64,000 bases of DNA from Malacoraja senta (Eukaryota): positions 3,906,001 through 3,970,000 of the forward strand of contig CM075988.1 of the NCBI GenBank assembly GCA_038087875.1, read 5' to 3'. The notes below the pieces were generated by a model. The model was not told where the DNA came from and did no database searches. It was given only the letters and a program-made list of their open reading frames with translations. The stretch's first letter is position 1. Each line of letters starts with the position of its first letter. This document shows positions 1 through 12,169 of the stretch, piece by piece. The translations under genes were made by a program, and so were the position numbers.

Positions 1-242
1 TATTTATTGTTTGAAAAGGGAGGAAAGGAAGGACTTTATAATTCTGGCCCAGAGTTTAAATCCAGTCATGTGGAAATGATTGGACACCGTTCTAACGGAG
101 AGGATACAACCTCATTCAGAAAGGCAGCAACTGATCACGTTTGTTAATGGAAGGTTAATAAAAACGTCCATTTATTATTGGAAAAAAATAATTTATTATT
201 TTTTAATCAAATAATTTAGAATTAGAATAGTGTGTGAACTTA

Positions 243-825
243 GAGTTATAGAGACAGAAAGTCATACAGGACCAAAACAGGCCATTTATCCCAATTAGCC
301 CATGCTGGCCAAAATGCCCCTTCTACACTAATCCCATCTTCACGTCCATATCGCTCTATATCATATAATGTTCAAATATTTTTAAATTGATGTTATTGTA
401 CCTGCCACAACTACCTCCTCTGGCATCTCACTCCATTTCCCGCCAACCTCTTAGTGAAAAAGTTGCCACAGTGTTATTAAATCTTTCCTTTCTCATCTTA
501 AACCTCTGTCCTCTGGTTCTTCATTCCCCTAACCTGGGTAAAAAAAACTCTGCATTTCCTATCTATTCCCCTCACTATTTTTACACCTCTGTTAACTCAC
601 CCCTCAGATTCCTGCTCACTGAAGAATAAAATCCTAGCCTGCGTTTCCTACCTCTTTCTACCGCTCAGGCCCTCGAGTCCAGGCAACATCCTCGTAAATC
701 ATTACAGCACTTTTTCCAGCTTGATGACGTCCTTCCTACAGCAGGGTGACCAAAACTGAACACAATACTTCAAATGTGGCCTCACCATTGTGTCGTACTA
801 CTGTAACGCAACATCCTAACTTCTA
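243..825 (-). mobile_element. Degenerate CR1 LINE 3' fragment
   Basis: Reverse complement resembles the CR1 RT C-terminus ([14 protein letters not shown] region around 745-790) and the CR1 3' UTR seen in other copies in the window. Confidence 0.75.
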
Positions 826-1017
826 TAGACACAAAATGCTGGAGTAACTCGGCGGAACAGACAGCATCTCTGCAGAGAAGGAATGGGTGACATATCAGGT
901 CAAGACCCTTCTTCAGAAGAAGGTCTGGGGAAGGGTCTCGACCCAAAATGCCACCCATTCCTTCTCTCCAGAGATGCTCCCTATCCTGCTGAGATTCTGC
1001 AGCATTTTGTGTGTATC
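826..1017. mobile_element. Penelope pseudo-LTR inverted pair (fold-back)
   Basis: gacacaaaatgctggagtaactc...cccttcttcaga is followed after a short spacer by its degenerate reverse complement aagggtctcgaccc...cagcattttgtgt. Confidence 0.8.
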
Positions 1018-1084
1018 TTCAGAGTGGATCCTGGCTCACTGTTTGCTTGGTCCATTCTATTTCGTAGTACACACATTCTTCGAC

Positions 1085-1124
1085 TTACGTAACAGGTGAC
1101 TTACGTAAACTCAAACTTATGTAA
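1085..1124. promoter_or_regulatory. Three D-box (PAR-bZIP/NFIL3)-like motifs at 16-bp period
   Basis: TTACGTAA 1085-1092, TTACGTAA 1101-1108, TTATGTAA 1117-1124; function not shown. Confidence 0.3.
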
Positions 1125-1804
1125 ATAATTCTGTACTCAGTCCCTGGTGCAATCAAGCCAGATTGTAATTTCCACAACACTGTACGATCACTCAAGTTTA
1201 CATTGGAAACAAGCCGGCAATGGCGGTGTTTCCTACCAGGTAGGCCTGCCCCACAAGAAGTGCCCCAACCCCAAGACATAACTGAAGCCAGCAATGGCAG
1301 CGGTCCTTACCCAGAAGGCCGTGCATCGCAGAAAGTGCCCTGGACGCAGACAGACCCCGCTGAGACAATTAATACTCTCAATGATGGACTCAAAGTGCTG
1401 GAGTAACTCAGAGGGCCAGGCAGCATCTCTTGGAGAAAATGGACAGGTGACGTTTTGGGTCAAGACCCTTCTTCTGACTCTGTGTGGGATGGGGATGGTC
1501 TTGGCCATGGGATAAATATGGTGATTATGACGCGTAAAACATGACTTGCGTGAGGGTTCACGGAGCATAACCCGTACCTAACTCTGGGAGTCCCTGTATA
1601 TCTAGTCCATGTGATTGATAAGGAGAAATGAGCCTTGAAACTGCAAGGACACTTAGATGGTCTGGTCAGTTGATACAACCTACAGAACCTCCAATGCACA
1701 ATGATCGCAGTCTGGAAGCAACCTGCTTGGTGCATTGACTTCACACAGTTAGTGCCTGTTCTAAACAGTATATTGTTCCAAAATATGTGGCTGAAATTCT
1801 AGTT

Positions 1805-3620
1805 GTGTTTAGTTTAGTGTAGTTTAGTTTAGTTTATTGTCACGTGTACCGAGGTACAATGAGAAGCTTTTTTGGTCGCGTGCTAACCTGTCAGCGGACA
1901 GACAATACATGATTAAAAACAAGCCAGCCACAGTGTACAGATACAGGATAAAAGGAATAATGTTTAGTGCAAAATAATGTCCAGTAAGGTCTGATTAAAA
2001 ATAGTCCGATGGTCTCCACTGAAATAGGACCACTCTCTAGTTGGTGATAGGATGGTTCAGTTCCCTGCTAACAGCTGGGAAGGAACTGTCCCTGAATCTG
2101 GAGGTGTGTGTTTGTGTTTAATTAATGTAGCTTTGAAAGATGGCACTAAATCTGTTCATCACGCTTACAGACATTGTCTTCCAAGATGATAAACTGCTGT
2201 CGAGAAAATGTTCTCCATATCATTTTCAAGCTCTTAATTACCTTCAGTCTGTGCCAGTGGAACCCGGATCTACATGTCTGCTCCAGAAAATCCCTTCAAA
2301 CCTTGAACATCTATACTATTACTAAAACTCTCATCTTGACCACTTCCGGTCTGCGTTGGTTTTAAATTTGAGCAAAAATGCTACTCTATATCGCTAGGAT
2401 TTTTTTGCCACCTTACTCACGGTTCTCCTCTGCTCCAAGCGCACCAAGTTTTGTTCCGATTAGTGAAATATTAGAAAAGTTATGAAGGTTTAAACGATTG
2501 TGAGATCAGCAGATTGGCCTTCTCGCCTGTCAGTCACCATGAAGTTAACGCCCCTTCCGGCACCCGCGGAGAATAAATCCCCGGAGGCGGGGCTGAATCC
2601 ATGAGCAGCGTGCGGGCAGAGAGCAGTGTGAGCCGGGAGCTGTTATGTTGAACCGGAAGCCTCTGAGTGAAGTCGGAGTGGGACCGGGGAGCTGCTGTGT
2701 GAGGCCGAAAGCTGAAGGTGCGGGGTGAGCAGAGTGCGAGCTGCGTCTGCTGTGACCACCCTCCCTCCCCCACACCTCTCCCACATCCCCCTCCCCTACA
2801 CACCCCACCGCCAACACCCCCCGTCGCCCACCCCCCTCCCCCCACACCACGCTCTCACCCCCCACCTCCACCCCACTGCCCACACACACCCACACACCCC
2901 TCCTCCCCTCCCACACATGAAGAGGAAGGGGGGAGGGGAGTGCTGGGGGATGAGGGGAAATGAGCCATGCCTGCGCAGTTATGGGCTATGGGTGAGTGGT
3001 GGAATATTGCGTTGGGGCATGGGTTGCATTGGGGGGACCAGGCCTCCCGTGTGACTGGGACCCACAGTCTAGTCTCTATTAAATCTGCACTTAATCTTAG
3101 CTGAATTTAGTTTGTTATTACTGTCACGTGTACTGAAGTACAGTGAAAAGCTCTGTAGCTGCATGCTATCCAGTCTATACAGGATTAAAATCAACCCATC
3201 CAGAGAGTATAGATATAGGATAAAGGGAATATAGTTGAGTGCAAGATAAAGTCCAGTAAAGTCTGATTAAAGATAGTTTGAAGGTCACCAATGAGGTAGA
3301 TGGGAGATCAGGACCGCTCTCTAATTGGTGATAGGATGCTTCAGTTGCCTTATAACAGCTGGGAAGACACTGTCCCTGAATTTGGAGGTGTGCGTTTTCC
3401 ATTTCAAGTGTTTAACTAATGCAGCTTTGAAAAATGGCACTAAATTTGTTCATCACCTTTAAAGACATTGTCTTCCAAGACATGATAAACTGCTGTTGAG
3501 AAAATCTTCTCCACATCATTTTCCAGCTCTTAATTACCATTAGTTTGTGTCGGTGGATATACATGTCTGCTCCAGAAAATCCCTTCAAACCTTGAACATC
3601 TCGATTAAATCTGCACCTAT
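1805..3620. repeat. Old tandem duplication (~500 bp unit: Rex1/L2-type 3' tail plus unique sequence), first copy interrupted by a Helitron-like element
   Basis: 1810-2309 plus 3073-3090 aligns with 3105-3617; both share tggcactaaa...gacattgtcttccaaga...ctccagaaaatcccttcaaaccttgaaca. Confidence 0.85.
2310..3072 (+). mobile_element. Non-autonomous Helitron-like element
   Basis: Starts TCTATACTATTACTAAAA, ends GTCTAG, lies between A and T with no TSD; the paralogous empty site gaaca|tctcgattaaatctgcac is at ~3594-3616. The 3' hairpin is only weak. Confidence 0.75.
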
Positions 3621-3980
3621 TCTTTCGTGTTTCAACCCAGAGCAACAGGTTTCTCTAACTTCGTAACCCGTGCATCCCCTCTCTCTCCGTCCCTCCCCCA
3701 CCCAAGTCATTGTACTAGTTTCAAAATCATCTTGTTGAGTCTCATTGTCTGTTCTCACCTTAGCCCACAGCTAACAATGTCCCGTTTCCCTTACCATCGT
3801 GACTTTTTTGCATATCTTTCATTCATTTGTTCTATATCTCTCTTCATCACTGTCTATATCTCTCATTTCCCTTTCCACTGACTCTCAGTCTGAAGAAGGG
3901 TCTCAACCCGAAACGACACCTATTCCTTTTCTCCAGAGATGCTGCCTGACCCGCTCAGTTACTCCAGCATTTTGTGTCAG
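3620..3980 (+). mobile_element. Penelope-like element 3' end/pseudo-LTR
   Basis: Matches the 3' region of the GIY-YIG-bearing copies; ends cagtctgaagaagggtctcaacccgaaac...ccagcattttgtgtc. Confidence 0.75.
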
Positions 3981-4236
3981 TTTAGAAATAAATCCAGCTT
4001 CCTTAGCCTCTCCATAACACGGTCTTCCATTGCTGGGGCAGTGTTCTTCAGTCTCTTCTCTGCCTCACGACTTGCAGAGCAATATATCCCACCAGGATCC
4101 ATACCCTTGGGACACCAAGGAGAATGGCTATCCATTTCAGCATGTTGCCTTCCTCTGGGTGGGAGGTGCCACTGAAGGGCCCGTCCCACTTATTCCACCC
4201 GTCATAGGTCGCCGAAAATTTTCAACATGTTGAATA

Positions 4237-4341
<105 letters not shown>

Positions 4342-6870
4342 CTTGGATAGGGTGTCTCCCTCTCCCCTGACTCATTCTGAAGAAGGGTCTCTACCTGAAA
4401 CGTCACCCATTTCTATCCAGGAAGCTGCCTGTCCCGTTGAAGTACTCCAGCATTTTGTGTCTATCTTTGGTGTAAACCAGCATCTGCAGCTCTTTCCTAC
4501 ACAGCAGTTTAGGCGGCATCCATGGAGGGATGTGTCTGTCCCAATTATCCCTATTGTGCAGCGTTGTTCTGTTTACGGGGTGATGGTTGGTTGGCACGGA
4601 CGTGGTGAGCTGCAGGACCTGTTTCTGCGCTGTATCTCTAAACAAAATTAAACCTAATTTTACTTCGGAGTCATGTAAGCGATTCCGTGAAGAAGCCCCG
4701 CCAGTCCGCATGCGTGTCATATCGTCGTTCGCATGGCGAAGCACCGGACTGGCAGGGCATCGCTCCTGCCGGCTGTAAGTTTAAAACTTCAGGTAAGTTT
4801 TGTATCACTTACCAGGTTTTGAATTTCTTGCAGGAACCTCTTTTCACAGAGGTATCCTGCTAGATATTGTGGCGAATTCCGGCGAGTGAACCGGCTATGG
4901 GCTGTGGGGAGACCCCGGTTCCGACCGCGAAAGCGGAGTCGGCAGATGTCGGGTTCGTGATTTCCAGCCTGCTGTGTTCCCGGGGAGGGAAAATCAAGCA
5001 GGAAGGCGGTATCACCGCCAGAGTCGCTGACAGTGCGGTCAGCGGCTCACAGACATATCGTCGTTCGATGGTCCCCAGGCATGGGGGAAATCACCGATAC
5101 ATCGATCAGCCCTATTGAACTCGGACGAGTCGGGCTGCAAGGATTCCCTTCCGGAAATAAGTATGTATTTGGAGGATTCTGTTTGTCATTTTAATCCTTT
5201 ATAGGTGAAGCTCCACACTCAAAAATTGAATTTGGAAGCGCGGGCCTGTGGGACAGGCCGCGCCAGCATCGCCTAGGACTGGGATGCTTAATGTGTGACA
5301 GCGCCGGCCGGGAGAAGAGGTCGTGCCAGCAGCGCCTGGGACAGGGCTGCTTAATGTCTCCCTCTTTGAAGAGGAGAGCATGCCGGGTCAGTGTAATTCT
5401 GACGCAGAGTCTGAGGGTATAGCCATGGAGCATACCCCAAGGGATGATGGGCACATGTCAGAGGTATCATTTCCTGACAACAAAGTTTGCCATCCCAACA
5501 GAATGTTCCATCCTGGTATAGGTCCATTGGGGGCCGTATCAGTGCAGATTCTAAAGATGTCCGTGGAACATACTGGAGCACATGTGTGCCGGCAGTGAAC
5601 AGCGCTATCAGGGGGATATGAGAGACAGCCGTCGAATCTTCTATTCAGGGAAGGTCTATTCAACAGCAAAAACCTGGGACGAAGCAAAAGCTGTCGGACC
5701 AATCAAGACCAAAGGCGGGCAAAGGTTCATCGTTTCAGAACGCACCCCATGCCTTCTTCGGCAGTCAGCGGTTCACTGAAGCTGGTGGCAGCATGACAGC
5801 TGGGCAGGGGTTCCACGCACCCTACCAGTCCTACTCAACAAGGTGGGTCTGGCACTTCCGAAACATGGGTAAATGGACTACTCACAAGTTGGTAATAGTT
5901 ACACTTGTTTGTACAGCACACAAAGGATAAAGGCATTGTCATCTGCTTAGAGGCATCTAACCATGTAAAACAGCACAATACTAGCATGCCAAGCAAGTTT
6001 GGAATTAGGGCCAGAATTGTCGTTTTCAATACAGGCTCGGAAATCGGGCCAGAGTTATCGTACGAAGCACCCAGGGAATGATGGCAGGAGTGGCCTGTTC
6101 ATTATGAAAAATGGAGAAAGTTGTTTAACTCGCATATAAACTTTCCAAATAGGAAACTTCTTTAATGACTAACAACGGATTCATAATGGTCTCAAAGATC
6201 CATTCTATGCAGTTGCCATTACAGGGATCATCGAATATATTTCTCGCTGCAAGAAGGAGGAATGTTCTTTTATGTCTTCCTCCATTTTGGCCTCATCAGT
6301 CGGGTCTTGAAATAAAGCCAGCAAGATCTCGCTTTAGTTTTCGTACTGTCTGACTGGCTATGCAGCCATGATTCCTGCTTCCGTCAGGCATAATAATACA
6401 AACATATACGGTTATTCAAAAAAACAAAAACTTTGCTGGTTCAAACTGTGGTTCAGGAAACCAGCCTCTGCATGATAAAATCAATTTGTTAACTTGCAGA
6501 TTCTGAATAGACTGCCCTACGGCTCAGGTTGTCACATCAATCCATGTATGTGCTCACTGCAGAGTGCAGCGATAGCAACAAAACAGCTGTACATTTCCTA
6601 TTCAGGAGGTGGGAAGCAGGTTTGTTTAATGTTAATGTTACATTTAATATGGTACAGATTACTGATGTGTTCCAGTTCATTCTTAAATGGTCTTCTGACA
6701 ATAATTGAGTTTAGGGTCATTAACTGTGCCAAACGTGTCTTCCCATCATATTAGCTGCAGCACACAGGACCCACTCTGTCGGGTTTCAACCCTGGATATC
6801 GAGTTTGTAAACAATATCTTTAACACAAGTTCTCCCAGTACAAGTATAGGCAGTATGGGATATTGAGATT

Positions 6871-7344
6871 TTGTTAACAGTACTTCACCAGGGGCCAGCT
6901 ACTTCCTTAGTCATGACACCAGTATCAGCACAACGAGTGCAGACATTGCAAAAGCTGCGGCTAGATAGGATGGAAGTGGCTGCAGATGCCATTACGTTTT
7001 ACATTTCTGGGCTACACAAGCAGAGCAGACCAGGGGTGACAGGGTTTAAGATCATATTTCCAGCATACCCCACGGACTCACGTCTATGTGTGAGGGCATG
7101 TTTGCTATATTATATCAAGGCCACCAGAACTTTAAGAGGTTTGGAATCAGCTTTGTTTATTAGCCAGGAATAACCACACAAGAAAAAGTCGGTTCAGACT
7201 ATTTCAAGGTGGCTGAAGCAGGTTCTGGTTTATGCAGGTATTAACACTGACAATTTTACATCTCATTCCACCAGGGCGGCATCAACGTCAGCGGCCAGGG
7301 CAATGGACATTCCCATCGACCATATCCTCGCGACGACAGGTTGC
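6871..7344 (+). pseudogene. DIRS tyrosine recombinase remnant
   Basis: ORF 6871-7173 (AQRVQTL...KQSRPG...LCVRACLLYYIKATRTLR...LFIS) continues in frame past a TAA as PHKKKSVQTISRWLKQVLVYAGINTDNFTSHSTRAASTS; HSTR at 7264-7275. Confidence 0.88.
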
Positions 7345-7560
7345 CGACCCGGGGCTATTTGCGCATTCTGTTTTGCGTCTACTTTAGCCTCCCCTGAGAT
7401 AGAGGGGTTGCTATTGATTGTCTTTATTAACGTAAACCATTAATACGTTTAAATCAATGTCATGTATAATACATTGTTGATTATTCACTCATCCTGAGTC
7501 AATCGATGCAGTGAGACGCCGGGATTTGAATCTACGGCATGAAATCACAGAGCTTTGAAC

Positions 7561-7672
7561 TCTTCACGGAATCACTCATGTGACTCCGAAGTAAAATAGT
7601 AAGATTAAATGAGAACTTACCAGTTTGAAGTTTAATCTTTATTTTATGAGGAGTTACGTTGGTGATTACGTG
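7561..7672. repeat. DIRS internal complementary region (ICR)
   Basis: tcttcacggaatcactcatgtgactccgaagtaaaa is the near reverse complement of the left terminus, joined directly to tagtaagattaaa...gattacgtg, the near reverse complement of the right terminus. Confidence 0.9.
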
Positions 7673-8504
7673 CCCTCCACTCCCAACCCTCTCTCACAAA
7701 GGTCATCTGGTAGTTCTCAAGTTTCTGATCTTACTATGTTACTTCAATTACTGTTACCTGTGATTTCATACCGCTGCTTTGAAGATTGAAGCGCATGCGA
7801 ACTGGCGGGGCTTCTTCACGTAATCACCAACGTAATTCCTCATAAAATAAAGATCAAACTTCAAACTGGTAAGTTCTCGTTTAATCTTACTATTAATGGC
7901 TGGAGTGGTTTGGGTCTTTACTGATTTTAGCTCATTTAAGATTATCCCCACCCCCACTTTGATAATAATTTTCTCCATTAGTGGAAGTAGTTTCTCTGCA
8001 ATAAAAGCCACAATCAGAGCAGTCTTTTGAACCCATCAGATTCTGCCTGAGACGAAGAATCAAATCACTCTGTGTCATTTATCACCAGGGGGTCATAGTT
8101 GTTGTGTCTTCCTTGCAGAGCACGAGGACGTGATGTTTACAGTCGGCCATTGCAGCTCAAGTCTTCTGTCTGAAGAAAGGTCTCGACCCGAAATGTTACC
8201 CATTCCTTCTCTCCAGAGATGGTGAGTTACTCTATCTTTTTGTATTCATCTGCAGCTGGGATCCTGACAGCTCAGGTCATTATCCATCTACCCCACTTGA
8301 AATAATCACTGCAACCTTTCCAAACCTTGGACATGTAAATGCTCATTACAAGCTCAGATCCATCATGGCAATCCTTTGATGTTCAAGGAAGCAATGTTTG
8401 GATCCATTACAGATATTCTAAATGAGAACTGTTCATTACAGTTTTGTGAAATACCACTATATTACTTTTAAAATAATTAACTACGTTATGCCAGCTTTAG
8501 AGTT

Positions 8505-9450
8505 TAATTTAGTTTAGTTTTGAGATAGAGCGTGGAAACAAGCCCTTCGGCCCGTCGAGTCCATGCCGACCAGCGATCACCTGTGCACGAGCTCTATCCT
8601 ACACACTAGGGACAATTTACAGAAGCCAATTAACCTGCAAACAAGCATGTCTTTGGAATGTAGTAGGAAACTGAAGCACCCAAAGAAAATGTTTAAGAAG
8701 GAACTGCAGATGCTGGAAAATTGAAGGTAGACAAAAGTGCTGGAGAAACTCAGCGGGTGCGGCAGCATCTGTGGAGCGAAGGAAATAGGCAACGTTTCAG
8801 GCCGAAACCCTTCTTCAGACTGATGTAGGGTGAGGGGGGGGGGCTGGAAGAAGAAAGGAAGAGGAGGAGCCAGAGGGCTGAGGGAGAGCTGAAAAAGGGA
8901 GGAGACTGTGAGGGCTACCTGAAATTGGAGGTCAATGTTCATGCCGCTGGGATGCAGACTGCCCAAGCGAAATATGAGGTACTGCTCCTCCAATTTCCAG
9001 TGGTCCTCACTCCGGCCATGGAGGAGGCCCAGGACAGAAAGGTCAAATTCGGAATGGGAGGGGGAGTTGAAGTGCTGAGCCACCGGGAGATCAGGTTGGT
9101 TATTGCGGACTAACCGGAGGTGTTCGGTGAAGCGATCGCCAAGCCTACGCTTGGTCTCACCGATGTAGATCAGCTGACATCTAGAGCAGCGGATGCAATA
9201 GATGAGGTTGGAGGAGGTGCAGGTGAACCTCTGTCGCACCTGGAACGAGTGCTTGGGTCCTTGAATGGAGTCGAGGGGGGAGGTAAAGCGACAAGTTAGC
9301 ATCTCTAAGGGAAATTTCCATTTCCAGAGAAAACCCAGGCAGTCACAGGGGGAAGGTATAAACCCTGTACAGACAGCGTCCATAGTCAGGATCAAACTTG
9401 GGTCTCTGGCGCTGTAAGGCAGTGACTCTACCACTGCGCCACCTTGCCAA
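8505..9450 (-). mobile_element. V-SINE (HE1-like) interrupted by a Penelope insertion
   Basis: SINE tail 8505-8690 and tRNA-like head 9325-9450 flank the Penelope copy; imperfect duplication ccaaagaaaa/ccagagaaaa at the junctions. Confidence 0.75.
8691..9300 (-). mobile_element. 5'-truncated Penelope-like element with GIY-YIG endonuclease fragment and pseudo-LTR
   Basis: Translation GPKHSFQVRQRFTCTSSNLIYCIRCSRCQLIYIGETKRRLGDRFTEHLR...VAQHFNSPSH...LHPSGMN is a typical Penelope GIY-YIG domain. Confidence 0.92.
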
Positions 9451-9594
9451 TGTGGAAGGAAATCTCCCAGAAACACTCAAGTCACATCCATAACTTGGAA
9501 AAATAAAACAATAAATCAGGATATAGGTTGTTTTTTAAAAAGGCTCATTTATTGCACAAGAGGATTTCGGTCGCTGAAAACTAACTGGGTAACT

Positions 9595-10072
9595 AGGAAC
9601 ATAGAAAAATAGGTGCAGGAATAGGCCATTCAGCCCTTCGAGCCAGCACCGCCAATCAATATGATCATACAATACAATTTATTTGTCTTTTGGACAAATT
9701 TGTCATTTGGACCCCATTGAGGTCCAAACGAAATGTCGTTTCTGCAGCCATACATTACTAAACGAAGGTAGACAAAAGTGCTGGAGAAACTCAGCGGGTG
9801 CGGCAGCATCTATGGAGCGAAGGAGGAGGAGGAGGGCTGATCATCCAAAATCAGTACCCCGTTCCTGCTTTCTCCCTACATCCCTTGATTCCGTTAGCCC
9901 TAAGAGCTATACCTAACTTTCTGTTGAAAACATCCAGTGAATTGGTCTCCACTGCTTTCTGTGGCAGAGAATTCCACAGATTCACAACTCTCGGAGTGAA
10001 GAAGTTTTTCCTCATCTCAGTCCTAAATAGCCTACCCCTTATTCTTAAACTGTAACTCCTGGTTCTGGACTC
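9595..10072 (-). mobile_element. CR1 3' end interrupted by small fragments (incl. Penelope pLTR piece ~9763-9822)
   Basis: (catagaaa) tail plus reverse complement of the RTEMRKNFFTQRVVNLWNSLP-type coding end. Confidence 0.75.
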
Positions 10073-10409
10073 AGGTCAGAAGTAGGATCTCTAGACGTTA
10101 GACCAGAGATTACCAGGCTTTGTGGATTTCCAGCTGAGTTTCACATCATTGCAAGCCAACATTCCTGAGAGACTCCCCCCCAAAAAATCCCAACAACCAC
10201 CAAATGTGCATCCCATCGTCAGTGTGCCCCTTATCACCAATGTCCACGTGTATCCTCAGTGCGTACAATATCTCATTACTTTTGTAATTTCATCTCTAGC
10301 CTTCGTCAACCATCCTTAACACACTTGTCACTGCAGGGTGGTCAAACTGTGGAATTCCTTGCCACAGAAGGGTGTAGAGGCCGCCAAGGATATTTTTAAG
10401 GCAGAGTTA

Positions 10410-10647
10410 AGGTCCTGTCCCACTTTCACGACCTAATTCACGACGTCTCCCGAGTTTGCCCTTGACTCATACTCGCAGCATGGTCGTCACAAGGTCGGAG
10501 GAGGTCGTAGGTAGGTCGTAGGTAGGTCGTGATGCTAGTCGTAGGTACTCGTGGCATCAAGTAGGTCGGGGCGTTTTTCTAGCCTGATGAAAAATGTCCA
10601 CGAGTAAAAAAGGTCGTGAATTAGGTCGTGAAAGTGGGACAGACTCT
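10410..10647. mobile_element. PIF/Harbinger-type MITE inside a CR1 3' end
   Basis: ~35 bp TIR (aggtcctgtcccactttcacgacctaattcacgac / gtcgtgaattaggtcgtgaaagtgggacagactct); TTA duplication at 10407-10409 and 10648-10650; removal restores CR1 ggcagagttagataa. Confidence 0.85.
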
Positions 10648-11147
10648 TTAGATAATTTCATGATTGGTACCGGTGTAAGGGGTTATGGGGAGAAGGCAGG
10701 AGAATGGGGTTAGGAGGGAGAGATAGATCAGCCATGATTGAATGGCGGAGTAGACTTGATGGGCTGAATGGCCTGATTCGACTCCCACCACTTATGACCT
10801 TGTGACCTTATGAACCACTGACTTTCAGCCACTTTAACTTATCCTGTCACAGGTTTTCCTCTTGATCTACCAATCCCTCCTCCTCCTCCTTCTCACCCAC
10901 TGTGCTAAATGTGACTACAGGTTAGCTGGATGTGAACCAATTTGTTTCATCCTGACGGTGTTCTCTTCCCCGTAGGCAATCACCTGGAAATTAGAGCTGG
11001 CATTAATTGCAGTTGCTCACTTAACTCACTGGCATTATATTTAACCTTTAACCAGACATAGCCGTAATGAAAGCAGATACCCACGGTTCTCATTAGACCC
11101 CTGCCACTAAAGAAGATTCATTCAAAAGAAACAAACAGCAGTCGATA

Positions 11148-11715
11148 AGATAGACACAAAAAGCTGGAGTAACTCAGCGGGTCAGGCAGCATCTCTGGAG
11201 AAAAGGAATAGGTGACGTTTTGGGTCGAGACCCTTCTTCGGGCTGAGAGTCAGGGGAAAGGGAAACGAGAAATATGATGTAGAGAGATATAGAACAAATT
11301 AATGAAAGATATGCAAAAAAGTAAGGATGATAAAGCAAACAGGCCATCGTTAGCGGGTCAGGCAGCATCTCTGAATAGAAGGAATGGGTGACGTTTCGGT
11401 TCGAGACCCTTCTTCAGAGGGGTCTGAAGATAGGTCTCGACCCGAAACATCACACATTCCTTGTATGTAGAGATGCTGCCTGTCCTGCTAAGTTACTCCA
11501 GGATTTTTTTGTTTATCTTCGGTGTAAAGCAGCATCTGCAGTTCCTTCCTACAGGACGACAGTGAAACTAGTATGACTAGGGGAGGGATGGAGAGAGAGG
11601 GGAAAGCAAGGTTAACTTGAAGTTAGAGAATTCATTATTAATACCGCTGGGTTGTAAGCTGCCCACACAATATATGAGGTGCTGCTCCTCCAATTTGTAT
11701 TTGGCCTCACTTTGC
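11148..11715. mobile_element. Cluster of Penelope pLTR/3' fragments including an inverted pair
   Basis: Minus-strand pLTRs at ~11150-11245 and ~11350-11418, plus-strand pLTR ~11420-11553, GIY-YIG C-terminal remnant ~11575-11715. Confidence 0.75.
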
Positions 11716-12169
11716 AGATAAAATCAACACTGTTGATTAGCTTGTTTCCAGTTCTGACCAGATGCTCTCTTTACTTCCCTCAGCTTATGCAGCCTCCAAA
11801 TTCAACAAACTGCAAATACCTACATTTAACATCAGCCAACCACCAGGCGTCTTTGTCTACCATCTCCCACTATTATTGCTGTCTTATCTCTTGCCTCACG
11901 AACAACGAAGCATTTTAGAATTATTTCTATTTTACTTTGACCATTTCATTTTGAGTTGCAACTCCACCAGATCAACAGCAAAACAATGTCAGCATAAATC
12001 AGAATCAACCCAAAAAAAACATTGGAGCAGCCAAGCATTATTAAAAACCAGTTCAGAGCCCTCTACTGTGTCCCATCTAAACCTCTAAGGTTTAGACTCT
12101 AATATCTAAGGACAGGTTAGGTCTAGAGTTAAGCTCCCTCTGCATTTTCAGTTTACCTTCCCATGGTAG

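Larger units (their letters stand above)
4658..7894 (+). mobile_element. DIRS1-type tyrosine-recombinase retrotransposon, internally deleted and decayed
   Basis: Inverted repeats 4686-4714 and 7792-7820 (28/29 match); internal complementary region 7561-7672 is complementary to the left end (from 4658) and to the right extension (7821-7894); YR remnant with HSTR motif. Confidence 0.92.

Noticed and set aside
8577..9476. 299-aa ORF as a functional nuclease gene
   Set aside because: Chance read-through of SINE head, Penelope GIY-YIG fragment, pLTR and SINE tail; no RT is present.
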